Below, in pieces: positions 33,829-42,856 of a stretch of 64,000 bases of DNA; positions within the stretch are counted from its first letter, which is position 1, and the number at the start of each line of letters is the position of its first letter. This DNA comes from Bacillota bacterium (GTDB lineage: Bacteria; Bacillota; Clostridia; Christensenellales; CAG-138). The notes under the pieces were generated by a model. It had not been told where the DNA came from, made no database searches, and was given only the letters and a program-made list of their open reading frames with translations. The position numbers and the translations under genes were made by a program. The stretch lies in contig JAEWYO010000052.1 of assembly GCA_023395595.1 (NCBI GenBank), forward strand, positions 6,617 to 70,616, given 5' to 3'.

Positions 33829-34374
33829 TTGACTGAAAAGCAGATGATAACCAAATTGCAAGCGGGCGATGAGAGTACGCTGGATGCGGCGATCATGTCG
33901 TACTCACGCTTACTTTGGGGAATTGCGCGCGCAGTGCTCCTCAATGTCGGTACTACGCAAGACATGGAGGAATGCGTTGAGGATGCGTTTATCCAGCTCT
34001 GGAAGTCGAGTGCAACACTCAACGAAGCGCGCGGAAGCATCAAAACATGGCTCTGTGTTGCGGTCAAGAGCCGCGCAATCGACCGCTATCGCAAGATCGT
34101 CCGAAAAAACGAAATCGGATTGGACGAACAGCTTGCCGTGTGCGGCGCAGAACTCTTTGATCAAACACTCGACACGGTATTGCAACGGGAGCTTCTTGCG
34201 GCGGTTCAAGCGTTGGGGGAACCGGATCGGGAGATCATTCTCAGACGATTTTACTATCAGCAAAAGCCAAAGGAGATTTCCGTTGCGCTTGATTTAACGG
34301 TTAAGCAAATCGAGAATCGAATCTTTCGAGCAAAACAAAAGTTGAAGATGCAACTGTACGGAGGCACAACATGA
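33829..34374 (+). CDS. ECF-type sigma-70 family sigma factor
   Basis: Region 2 (LQAGDESTLDAAIMSYSRLLWGIA, DAFIQLW) and region 4 (PDREIILRRFYYQQKPKEISVALDLTVKQIENRIFRAKQKL). TTG 33829 lies 10 nt after AGGAGGTG. ATG 33790 or 33844 are alternative starts. Confidence 0.82.
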   Translation: MTEKQMITKLQAGDESTLDAAIMSYSRLLWGIARAVLLNVGTTQDMEECVEDAFIQLWKSSATLNEARGSIKTWLCVAVKSRAIDRYRKIVRKNEIGLDEQLAVCGAELFDQTLDTVLQRELLAAVQALGEPDREIILRRFYYQQKPKEISVALDLTVKQIENRIFRAKQKLKMQLYGGTT

Positions 34375-35378
34375 AGCGAATCAGTGACACATTCAATCAG
34401 AAACACCTCAAACAAATTCGAAATAAAGTTGGTGAAGAGTTGGGGCTTTCGTTTCAAAAACGCACGCATCGCAGCGCTTGGAAGCGCATCGGCGTTGTGT
34501 TTGCTGTGTTTGCTGTTTGCCTTATGACGATTACGCCTGCGCTTGCGGCGGAAGTCCCCTATGTAGACGATCTACTCTATCTCATCTCGCCTAAGACGGC
34601 GCAGTTCTTCAAACCGGTACAGTTAAGCGATGTCGATCAAAACATTGAAATCAAGGTGGAGAGCGCATACATCCATGGCGCGAACGCGGAAGTTCTCGTT
34701 TCGGTGCGCGATTTGGAAGGGAACCGCTTGGATGACTCCTTGGATTTTGATGATTCGTATGACATCCGCACGGGGTTTGACTGCATTGGCACCTGCAATC
34801 AAGTCGACTACGATGCGTCAACAGGAACGGCAAAACTCTTGATCGAGACAAGCAGCATGAATCCTCGCGACGTGATTACAGGAAAGAAGATCACAATCTC
34901 TTTTCAGACGATTATGAGTGGAAAAGAGAAAACGCTTGAGTTCCCGATTCCAATGGACTGGAACGCAATTCCGAATGACATCATAACAGAACAATCGGAT
35001 ACAGACGGCGAAACCGTACTGGTTCCGGGAGAAAAGCTGTTTGAAATTCTGGATGGATTTGAAATCACCGGCGTAGGCTATATCGGAAATGAGTTGCACA
35101 TTCAGCTTCATACGCCGGGGCGACATAAATTTAGCGATCACGCTTTTTTGTATCTCCAAGACGAAAACGGTGCGAAGACCATCTGCAAAGCAATGCTCTA
35201 TCGCGGCGGATACAACACGGGTGATCCAGAAATCGAAAGAAGTGCGGATTATGTTGAGTATGTCTTTGATGTGCCGCAGGGTGAATTGTCAAAATGTAAG
35301 CTCTATGGTGATTTCTATAGCATGAAAACGCGCATAGACGGAGACTGGAGCATCACGTTTCCACTGGAAAACAGTTAA
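34371..35378 (+). CDS. putative anti-sigma factor (DUF4179-type single-pass membrane protein)
   Basis: 335 aa. ATGA overlap with the sigma gene. Short cytoplasmic N-terminus, one TM (IGVVFAVFAVCLMTI), and a large extracytoplasmic beta-rich domain. Confidence 0.72.
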   Translation: MKRISDTFNQKHLKQIRNKVGEELGLSFQKRTHRSAWKRIGVVFAVFAVCLMTITPALAAEVPYVDDLLYLISPKTAQFFKPVQLSDVDQNIEIKVESAYIHGANAEVLVSVRDLEGNRLDDSLDFDDSYDIRTGFDCIGTCNQVDYDASTGTAKLLIETSSMNPRDVITGKKITISFQTIMSGKEKTLEFPIPMDWNAIPNDIITEQSDTDGETVLVPGEKLFEILDGFEITGVGYIGNELHIQLHTPGRHKFSDHAFLYLQDENGAKTICKAMLYRGGYNTGDPEIERSADYVEYVFDVPQGELSKCKLYGDFYSMKTRIDGDWSITFPLENS

Positions 35379-35392
35379 AGCATACAAACAGC

Positions 35393-35420
35393 AAACGAGC
35401 ACCCGTGCGGGTGCTCGTTT
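35393..35420. terminator. bidirectional terminator between the anti-sigma gene and the GT-C gene
   Basis: Perfect 12-bp stem aaacgagcaccc / gggtgctcgttt with a gtgc loop. Confidence 0.75.
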
Positions 35421-35436
35421 GCGTTAGAAACCAGCG

Positions 35437-37107
35437 TTACGGCATCTGATAGACCGTCATAAACTCCGAACCAAATGCCTTTGGGGAAACGACTTTGGTT
35501 AGCCCGCTGAGGTAAACATCCAATCCATACGCCAATATCCATTGCTGTCGCGGTTCGAGTGTTTTATCGCTGCAAATCTGTAACCCGCGTGGATTGATCA
35601 TCAGATAATCTGCGCCGCGCGCAATCGTATACTGGCCAACGAAGACGAGCCGCACGCGGGACTTATAGTCTTCCGGGAGGATGTTGTAGGCCTTCTCCAA
35701 GCCGTTGCCCGTGTACCAATCGGCTGCGGTCACGGAGATCTGTTCGTCCGAATCCACGGTGTCAATCAACTGCATCAGCGTCTTTGCCTGGGACACATTC
35801 CAATAATCAAGGTCGTATTTTGCGCCGGGGTTGCTGCCCGCTAGTACGTTGTAATATACAAACTGGAATGGATGGCTCAAAATCACCATCACAAGCATCG
35901 CGAGAATCTGCGCGCCAACCGCGCCGACGGCTGCCCACTTCCACTTGCCTCTGAGTCGATCGATGATCGTCTTGAGCCCGTATACCGCGAGAAGCAATAG
36001 GATTCCATAGAGGAAATAGAAGTGCCGCCAGCTATCGTATAGGATCGGCCGCGTGATCATCGCAAAACCGAGGAACGCCATAACGAATACCAGCATCATT
36101 AGAAAATATTTTTTCTCTCCTGCAAAGAGCTCATTTGCCTTGGTTCGAAACGGCGAAACAAGCGCGGAGATGTTCCCGATAATCATCAGCGCCAAGACCA
36201 ACAGCGGCGTTGTGATTGCAATCATCACAGGGATGTAGTGCCACGGTACAGGACGCTGCGCTCGACCCATGTAGAACACATAGCCCGGCCAATCCGAGAA
36301 GTTGGACGAACGGGAATAGACATACTGGATGAACTTTCCGGGATCGTTCCATAGTCCCGGCGTGAGCGCGGCGTAAAACACCACAAATCCAATCAGCGCA
36401 GTCAAGCCGAGCAGAAGAGTTTTGATGCTCCATTCCCGTCTCACAAACAGCGTGACAAGATACAGCACGCCGCAAAGGCCAAAGAACGCAAGCCCCGTGA
36501 TGCGCATGTTCGTTGCCAGCGCGCCAAAGAACGCAAAGAGTATCGCAGAACCAACCGTCTTTTTCTCAATCAAACGTATCGCGAACAACAGGCAATAGAG
36601 AATCATGACCATTGCCATGATGTCCTTGTTGTTGTAGTGCGATTCCGCAAAGAATCGTGGGCTTAGATACAAGAATAAGCTGGCAGCGAGCCCGTAGCGC
36701 CAATCCTTGAGCAGGTATGATGCAATCCAATAGATTGCAAACACGCCCGCCAGGAAGACAAGGAAGGTGTAGCTGTGCCAGAGTAGCATCAGCGTGCGCG
36801 CGCCACCTTCGCCATACTGAAAAAAGAGCGCTGGTGAGAATAGATAGTAGACGGACTGCCCGTGATCGATATCCACGTTTTCCGAAACATCGGGAAACTC
36901 GATGCCAGTCGAGGACTGCGCGGGCTTTTGATCCGCGCCGAGGATCAGGCCTGCATATTCGCGTACATTGGTGCCGAGTGTGCGAATCTCCGTCAACTCA
37001 TCCCAGGGCATGCCGTAATCCGGCGTGACGAGAAGACCGAATACAATCATGAGGATGAACAGGATGGCGATGATCCAGCGGTGCCTGCGTTGGGGTTGCG
37101 GTTGCAT
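35437..37107 (-). CDS. GT-C fold glycosyltransferase (ArnT/PMT-like, family 39-type) integral membrane protein
   Basis: 556 aa with about 11-12 predicted TM helices. An acidic first-loop motif (YGMPWDELTE) and a soluble C-terminal domain. Confidence 0.72.
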   Translation of the reverse strand: MQPQPQRRHRWIIAILFILMIVFGLLVTPDYGMPWDELTEIRTLGTNVREYAGLILGADQKPAQSSTGIEFPDVSENVDIDHGQSVYYLFSPALFFQYGEGGARTLMLLWHSYTFLVFLAGVFAIYWIASYLLKDWRYGLAASLFLYLSPRFFAESHYNNKDIMAMVMILYCLLFAIRLIEKKTVGSAILFAFFGALATNMRITGLAFFGLCGVLYLVTLFVRREWSIKTLLLGLTALIGFVVFYAALTPGLWNDPGKFIQYVYSRSSNFSDWPGYVFYMGRAQRPVPWHYIPVMIAITTPLLVLALMIIGNISALVSPFRTKANELFAGEKKYFLMMLVFVMAFLGFAMITRPILYDSWRHFYFLYGILLLLAVYGLKTIIDRLRGKWKWAAVGAVGAQILAMLVMVILSHPFQFVYYNVLAGSNPGAKYDLDYWNVSQAKTLMQLIDTVDSDEQISVTAADWYTGNGLEKAYNILPEDYKSRVRLVFVGQYTIARGADYLMINPRGLQICSDKTLEPRQQWILAYGLDVYLSGLTKVVSPKAFGSEFMTVYQMP

Positions 37108-37157
37108 GCGTTGTACTCCAGTCGTTGTTTCTATTTTACGCGTACTTTCACGCGGGT

Positions 37158-39014
37158 TTAATCTTCGGCTACGACGATGATGCAGTCACCTTGCACAAAC
37201 CGGATTGCTGCCGACTTTGGCGGGTTGACATGGATTCCGCCGGGTACGGTTTCGCTCTCGGATTCGGCGGCAATCTTATAGCCAAAGGCAGTTTCCCCGT
37301 GCCTGCGCGCAGCTTCTACGACGGTATAGAACGAGACATCCTCGCCCAAACGCACATATGATTCCGCGGGTTTGAGGTAGATTTCCGATCCGTCCGCATC
37401 AAAGATATCTTCAAATACGGCGTTGAGGATGTTGTTTTCCGAAACCTGCGCAATCAGTAGACTGATGATCGTATCGCTGACGATAAAATCGTTGACCTTT
37501 GCCACTTGCGCGAGACGGCGGTTGCGGATATCGAGCATCTCGCTCACAATCGAAAAACGCTTTCCGGTCGTTTCGGCAATGTTCCGGAGGTGCAGCAGCG
37601 TGATGAGTGTGTTGGCATCGGCCTTTTGAATATCCTCCTGCGCGCGGTCGGAAAGCAGAATGATATGCGGATAATCCTGTCGAAGGAGCGAATCCAGCGT
37701 GGCGCGTTTGGTGATATCTTCCGCCACCAGATGGACGGAAGCATGCTCCAGCACACGCTCGGTACGGCGGAGAGCAACGGATGCCTCATTCATCTCGCAC
37801 ACCACCGTGATGCGCGAACCATCTGCAACATAGTGATCCAGCTCTTCGATGATGCGCTGTGCGTTTTCGTTCCAGCCGAGAATGAGAATGCTCTCCGGCG
37901 ATGGCGAAACGACAGTCTTGCCGGCAAATACCCGCTCATCAAATGTGGCAGGAGTTCCGTTGAGCAGCAGGGTGTCGTCGTCTGCCGTGACAGCTATGAT
38001 TTCGTCGGTTTCGCACAAAATGGTGCTCATCGGGGGATTGAGCTGTACGCCATCCTTGGTTTTCAGTCCGATCACGGCGGAGGTTTCAAAGAGGGAGAGT
38101 ATTTCACCATAGGCCTTGCCGTTGAGCTGCGGAAATGTGCGCAGATAGATTTCATCTCCGCCGAAGTCGAGCAGCTCGGTATACACGGCTGAAAGACCGG
38201 ATTGACGGCATGTCTGCGCAATGATGCGGGATATGATCGCGTCTTCGAGGATGATCTCCGCCTGCCCGCGCGCGGCAATCTTCGCAACCTCCACGTTCTT
38301 TGGCTCGCGCAGAACAGCGACGATGTTGTATGGTGTTGTGCGGCTGGTTGGCGAATTGATGACGGCAAGCAGTGTTTTAATCACATTTGCATCGTCGTTT
38401 TCGTTGATGATGATCGAGCGCGCGGTGTGTAAGCTGAGCAACCCAAGGTCGTTGAGATCGATTGCACTGCCGTTTCGCGTGACGATGCGTGTGGTTTTCG
38501 TGTCGGGGATACGGCTGCGAATCGCCTCATCCATCTCCACCTTGTCCGTCGGGCTCATGATGACGATACAGGCGTTCTTTTGGTTGCTGTTTGCCTCGAT
38601 GAGCTCGGAGAGAATTGTGAAAATCTGGCTTGACCAGCCGAGAATGACTGTATGATTCTCTTCAATTACGATGGAGTGCCCTTTTTGGAGCGATTCGAGT
38701 TTGGAAGAGATGCCGGTGGTCAAAAGACCCACGAGAATGCTGAAGATAAAGATACCGCCGAGAGTGATGACGAACATAGCGCCAACAAAAAGGAAACTGC
38801 CACTGTCGCCACCCATTGTGCCAGGATCGAGTGAACGAAGCACGCCCATCCAGAACAGCGAAAGGAAACCGGTTCCCTGATTTGCGCCCGTCACCCAGAC
38901 AATGAAGGAAACGATGGTAATCATAAGCAGCGTCACAATCGCAAGGCTTGCAACCAGTACGCCGGTTCCCTTGGACATCAGGTTGTCAAAACGATACTTG
39001 AGTTTGTTTTTCAT
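37158..39014 (-). CDS. CASTOR/POLLUX-related putative ion channel with tandem RCK (TrkA-N-like) domains
   Basis: Start at MKNKLKYRFDNLMSKGTG (ATG 39014, GAGGTG RBS). Two or three TM helices flank a pore-loop-like DPGTMGGDSG, then two Rossmann-like RCK modules (HTVILGWS.., ILILGWNE..). Confidence 0.72.
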   Translation of the reverse strand: MKNKLKYRFDNLMSKGTGVLVASLAIVTLLMITIVSFIVWVTGANQGTGFLSLFWMGVLRSLDPGTMGGDSGSFLFVGAMFVITLGGIFIFSILVGLLTTGISSKLESLQKGHSIVIEENHTVILGWSSQIFTILSELIEANSNQKNACIVIMSPTDKVEMDEAIRSRIPDTKTTRIVTRNGSAIDLNDLGLLSLHTARSIIINENDDANVIKTLLAVINSPTSRTTPYNIVAVLREPKNVEVAKIAARGQAEIILEDAIISRIIAQTCRQSGLSAVYTELLDFGGDEIYLRTFPQLNGKAYGEILSLFETSAVIGLKTKDGVQLNPPMSTILCETDEIIAVTADDDTLLLNGTPATFDERVFAGKTVVSPSPESILILGWNENAQRIIEELDHYVADGSRITVVCEMNEASVALRRTERVLEHASVHLVAEDITKRATLDSLLRQDYPHIILLSDRAQEDIQKADANTLITLLHLRNIAETTGKRFSIVSEMLDIRNRRLAQVAKVNDFIVSDTIISLLIAQVSENNILNAVFEDIFDADGSEIYLKPAESYVRLGEDVSFYTVVEAARRHGETAFGYKIAAESESETVPGGIHVNPPKSAAIRFVQGDCIIVVAED

Positions 39015-39331
39015 AAACACCTCGTCATAAAAATGTGTTAGCTCACTAGGAAATGCTAGATATTTAGTCAACGGAGAATGATTCGCTTTTTTTGAAAAAT
39101 ACGTTGATCAACTTAGGAATTCACGTGTCAACATTCGATAGAATCTTGTTATTACTTTACCCTAAAACGGGATTCTGTCAACGTAATTTTTACTTCGTAA
39201 CAAACTTAAATTCAGGAAACGATTTAGTGCGAAATCCTCGCTGCGGTTTTCGATGAAATATGCCTTTTTATCCCTCTGGTCATGCGCGTTACGCGCGATA
39301 TGATGAGATTAAGTCCGTAAAAATATGTGGA

Positions 39332-40150
39332 ATGAGGGGCAGGGTACAGCAAGTGAACCGAATCATCCGAGTTATATTTTGGATATTTTCCATCACTTTG
39401 CTTCTTATGGCGCTCGCGCTTCTCTCCGGAAGTGCTTTGACCAGCGCCATGCTGATTGGTTGCGCGGTGCTGATCAATCCCTTTTTTCACGAGAAAGTTC
39501 CGCTCAAAAAGGGTATGACCGCGCTGCTTACGATCGGGTTGTTTATCGCGGCGGTGGTGGTATTTCCGTCTCAAGTAACCGAACAAGCTGTGCAGGACAC
39601 AGAGCCGACGATTGTTTCAAGAGAAATGCCGATGTCGGAAATTGATGAAACCTTCGTTACGCAATCATTGCAAGCGTACACGCCAGAATCAGATCCAGCA
39701 CAGCAAACACAGCAACCTGTGCAACCAACGGAGATGGTCACACCATCTCCGGAACCAACTACAACGCCAACCCCGGAACCAACCGATGCTCCAACACCAG
39801 AACCAACACCAACGCCAACTGCAACACCCACGGTGGAACCGGCAACGAAGGTTGCGCCGGTCACGCGGAGCACAGAAATCACGATTCTCGACTATTCGGA
39901 TACTGTTCAACGCGGTTCCAACGCATTTATCAAGATTCAGGGTGCGCCAAACACGGATTACGAGTGCGAAGTGGAGTACAAGTCCGGCATGTCCAGCGCG
40001 AGCGGACTTGGCACGAAGCGATCCGATTCCGAAGGGATTGTCTCATGGCGCTGGAAAGTTGGGAGCAGGACATCACTCGACTATACACCGACGATCTATA
40101 TCGATGGCGGTGGGGACTCCGTCAGTGTGCCGTTTGATGTAACGAAATAG
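39332..40150 (+). CDS. hypothetical membrane-anchored protein with Pro/Thr linker and small C-terminal beta domain
   Basis: Two TM helices, a PT-rich linker (TPSPEPTTTPTPEPTDAPTPEPTPTPTATPT), and an approximately 90-aa domain (ITILDYSD..IKIQGAPNTDYECEVEYKSG..GIVSWRWKVG). The start is uncertain: ATG 39260, ATG 39332 or GTG 39353. Confidence 0.6.
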   Translation: MRGRVQQVNRIIRVIFWIFSITLLLMALALLSGSALTSAMLIGCAVLINPFFHEKVPLKKGMTALLTIGLFIAAVVVFPSQVTEQAVQDTEPTIVSREMPMSEIDETFVTQSLQAYTPESDPAQQTQQPVQPTEMVTPSPEPTTTPTPEPTDAPTPEPTPTPTATPTVEPATKVAPVTRSTEITILDYSDTVQRGSNAFIKIQGAPNTDYECEVEYKSGMSSASGLGTKRSDSEGIVSWRWKVGSRTSLDYTPTIYIDGGGDSVSVPFDVTK

Positions 40151-40176
40151 AGCAAACTTGCTCGCGAAAGACACAG

Positions 40177-40203
40177 AAAGGCACCGCGCGAAACGGTGCC
40201 TTT
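40177..40203. terminator. bidirectional terminator between the hypothetical gene and the hydrogenase gene
   Basis: 10-bp stem aaaggcaccg / cggtgccttt with a 7-nt loop. Confidence 0.7.
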
Positions 40204-40222
40204 GTACTGCGATGTAAATGGA

Positions 40223-41467
40223 TTAAAGTTTTCGAACGAAGATATCGCTCTTCTCCAGTAGGTTCTCGATCGTATCCAACCCCAACTGGTGCAGCAGCGC
40301 GATCACATACGGGTTGTCGATTGGCGTTTCATAGGTCGCCTCCGCACCGTAGCGGACGACGTTATGTCGCCCTTCCTCGCGCGGAATGAGCGCCTTGGGT
40401 CCGCCGACACAACCGCCGACACAGCCCATTCCCTCGAAAAAGTTTGCGCCGCCGTTGCCTTCCAGAATGTCGTTGAGCATCTGTTTACAGGCGGGCACGC
40501 CGTCTGCATGGCGCGTTTTGACCGTGATCGGCTTGCCGGGATTGATGCGCTGAACGGTGGAACGCACCGCTTCGCTTACGCCGCCCGTGCTTGCGTAGAT
40601 GCGTCCGGCTTTGGAGGAGTGGTCGCGGTCATCTTCCTCCATCTCGGCAAGGTTGATGCCTGCGTAATCAAATACGTCCTGGATCTCCTGGAACGTGAGC
40701 ACAAAGTCGGTGGAGTCGGCAATATCTGCCTCGCGTGCTTCCGCTTTTTTCGCTACGCACGGGCCAATGAAGACCGTGACGGCGTTCGGGTGAATCTTCT
40801 TAATCGAACGACCGCAGGCAACCATCGGCGAAACGGCGGCAGGCACATGCGGGATCAACTGTGCGTAGACTTTCTTAATCATCGCAATCCACATCGGACA
40901 GCAGCAGCTCGTGAGCTGATAGTCCTTCTCGGATTGGATGTTCTTGTCAAACTCAAGCGCTTCTTTGAGCGTGAGGATGTCCGCAAACAGTGCGACCTCC
41001 ACCATGCCCGCAAAACCGATTTTTTTGAATGCGGCGCGGAGCTTGCCGGGCGTGACTGCCTCGGAATACTGGTTGATAAACGCGGGCGCAATCATCGCAT
41101 AGACGGGCGCTTCTGCATTTCTCAGCGCGTTGAGCGCAGGCAGGATGTCGCGGCTCTCCGTCAGCTTCTTTGCGTCGCAGCCGCGGATACATTCGCCGCA
41201 GCCAACGCAGAGCTTGGGATCGATGGTGACCGCGCCGTCTTCGATGAACAGCGCGTCAAAATAACAGCGCGCACGGCACTGTTCCAGCCGGGTGCTATCG
41301 CAGGTGCACGCATCGGTTCGAATCACGACAGGGTGCTTCTCCGGCCCGAGCAGGCAGGAGAGATGATGCGGGTCATAACCCTGTTGCTGAACGAGATCGA
41401 GCTCTTCGGTAAGATTGCCGTTTACGCTGCTCTTGAGCAGACGGTTGTAGAGTTCTTCAAAGGTCAT
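40223..41467 (-). CDS. [FeFe]-hydrogenase family protein (ferredoxin-like N-terminus plus H-cluster domain, TSCCCP variant)
   Basis: 414 aa. CVGCGECIRGC 4Fe-4S motif. H-cluster motifs L1 TSCCCPMW (40895-40912), L2 GPCVAKKAE, L3 FEGMGCVGGCVGGP. Confidence 0.85.
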   Translation of the reverse strand: MTFEELYNRLLKSSVNGNLTEELDLVQQQGYDPHHLSCLLGPEKHPVVIRTDACTCDSTRLEQCRARCYFDALFIEDGAVTIDPKLCVGCGECIRGCDAKKLTESRDILPALNALRNAEAPVYAMIAPAFINQYSEAVTPGKLRAAFKKIGFAGMVEVALFADILTLKEALEFDKNIQSEKDYQLTSCCCPMWIAMIKKVYAQLIPHVPAAVSPMVACGRSIKKIHPNAVTVFIGPCVAKKAEAREADIADSTDFVLTFQEIQDVFDYAGINLAEMEEDDRDHSSKAGRIYASTGGVSEAVRSTVQRINPGKPITVKTRHADGVPACKQMLNDILEGNGGANFFEGMGCVGGCVGGPKALIPREEGRHNVVRYGAEATYETPIDNPYVIALLHQLGLDTIENLLEKSDIFVRKL

Positions 41468-41490
41468 ATGTTCACCTCAAATCTAGAACT

Positions 41491-41519
41491 ATCTTATCAT
41501 GCGTCACGATTGGGTTCAA
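41491..41519 (-). promoter_or_regulatory. candidate promoter of the hydrogenase gene
   Basis: Minus strand: TTGAAC (41514-41519), 17-nt spacer, TAAGAT (41491-41496). A GAGGTG RBS precedes the ATG. Confidence 0.45.
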
Positions 41520-41555
41520 GAAACAAAAATAGGCGGATCATCTGGCAGCAACCCT

Positions 41556-41607
41556 ATTGACAAACGTTCGATTGCCGTCTATACTGTACATGCTGTATAT
41601 AAACAGT
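41556..41607 (+). promoter_or_regulatory. candidate promoter and operator of the GntR-ABC operon
   Basis: TTGACA (41556-41561), 17-nt spacer, TATACT (41579-41584). Inverted repeat TACTGT-N15-ACAGTA (41581-41607) overlaps the -10 and start-site region. Confidence 0.5.
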
Positions 41608-41624
41608 AGGCGAGGAGTGATCGA

Positions 41625-42008
41625 TTGAATATCATCATCAGCAACGCAAGCAATCTGCCGATTTACGAGCAGATCTATGCGCAAATGAAGAACGCAATCC
41701 TGCTGGGCGACCTGGCGGAAGGGGATTTGCTGCCCTCCATCCGGCAGCTTGCGAAGGATTTGCGCATCAGCGTGATTACGACCAAGCGCGCCTATGACGA
41801 GCTGGAGCAGGACGGATTTCTTTACACCGTGGCGGGCAAGGGCAGCTATGTTGCGGCGAAGAACACGGGAATCATCCGCGAAGGGCAACTCAAGGAAATC
41901 GAAGAACACATGCGCGAAATATTGCGTCTGGCGCCTGCCTGTGAACTCAAGGGCGAAGACCTGCTGGAGCAGTTTCGCGTCATCATAGAGGAGGAATATC
42001 GAACATGA
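41625..42008 (+). CDS. GntR-family (YtrA subfamily) transcriptional regulator
   Basis: 127 aa. TTG start with a GAGGAG RBS. Winged HTH LPSIRQLAKDLRISVITTKRAYDELE. Short C-terminus typical of YtrA-like proteins. Confidence 0.85.
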   Translation: MNIIISNASNLPIYEQIYAQMKNAILLGDLAEGDLLPSIRQLAKDLRISVITTKRAYDELEQDGFLYTVAGKGSYVAAKNTGIIREGQLKEIEEHMREILRLAPACELKGEDLLEQFRVIIEEEYRT

Positions 42009-42856
42009 ATGCGATTGAACTAAACGGAATCACTAAGCGCTACAATGGTTTTGTGCTGGACAATGTCAGCTTTTCTCTGCCGAAAGGGGCCATACTGGGA
42101 CTCGTCGGTGAAAACGGCGCGGGGAAAAGCACAACCATCAAGCTCATCATGAATGCAATTCAGAGAGACAGCGGGACGATTCGCGTGCTGGGTGAGGACA
42201 ACAACACGCAAGCGTTTCAGGAAGTCAAGCAGGACATCGGCATTGTGCTGGACGAAGCATATTATCCGGAAGTTTTGACGCCGTCTCAGGTCGGCGCAGT
42301 CATGAGGCGGACCTACCGCAGATGGGATGATTCCGTCTATCAAGCACACCTCAAATTGCTCGATATTCCGCAAAAATTGCAATTTCGCGATTTCTCTCGC
42401 GGGATGAAAATGAAACTCGCAATCGCGGTTGCGCTGTCTCATCAGCCGAAGCTGCTGATTCTGGATGAAGCAACCAGCGGACTTGACCCGATGGTGCGGG
42501 ATGAAATTCTCACACTCTTCAATGATTTCACGCGGGATGAGGAGCATTCTATCTTGCTCTCCTCGCATATTGTGAGCGACTTGGAAAAGGTTTGCGATTA
42601 TATCGCCTTTTTGCACAAAGGGAAGCTCGTGCTTTGCGAAGAGAAAGACCGCCTGCTAGACGAGTATGCAATCGTCAAAACCACGCAATCCGCGCTGGAT
42701 CAGTTGCCGGCAGATACCGTCGTGAGTAGCAAAACTTATCCTTACGGGGTGGAGGCGCTGGTGCGCAAACAGCAGCTTCCGCACGGCGTGCAGGCGGAAT
42801 TCACGACACTGGAAAACATCATTTTGTTTCTCGCAAAGGGAGGCGAGCGCGCATGA
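42005..42856 (+). CDS. ABC transporter ATP-binding protein
   Basis: 283 aa. Walker A GENGAGKST, signature FSRGMKMK, Walker B LLILDEATSGLD. ATGA overlap with the gntR gene. Confidence 0.9.
   Translation: MNAIELNGITKRYNGFVLDNVSFSLPKGAILGLVGENGAGKSTTIKLIMNAIQRDSGTIRVLGEDNNTQAFQEVKQDIGIVLDEAYYPEVLTPSQVGAVMRRTYRRWDDSVYQAHLKLLDIPQKLQFRDFSRGMKMKLAIAVALSHQPKLLILDEATSGLDPMVRDEILTLFNDFTRDEEHSILLSSHIVSDLEKVCDYIAFLHKGKLVLCEEKDRLLDEYAIVKTTQSALDQLPADTVVSSKTYPYGVEALVRKQQLPHGVQAEFTTLENIILFLAKGGERA

Noticed and set aside
39015-39259. Possible c-di-AMP or other riboswitch in the leader of the RCK channel gene
   Set aside because: I could not recognise any conserved riboswitch core or a convincing multi-stem fold. 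The region is AT-rich and better explained as two divergent promoters.
39690-39850. Repetitive ccaac(a/g)cc-type DNA that might be a tandem repeat or mini-array
   Set aside because: It is the in-frame coding sequence of a Pro/Thr-rich linker (TPEPT-like units). The units are irregular, with no spacer-repeat architecture.
40289-41560. 423-aa plus-strand ORF
   Set aside because: It is antisense to the [FeFe]-hydrogenase gene and reads through that gene's promoter. Its composition is atypical for proteins.
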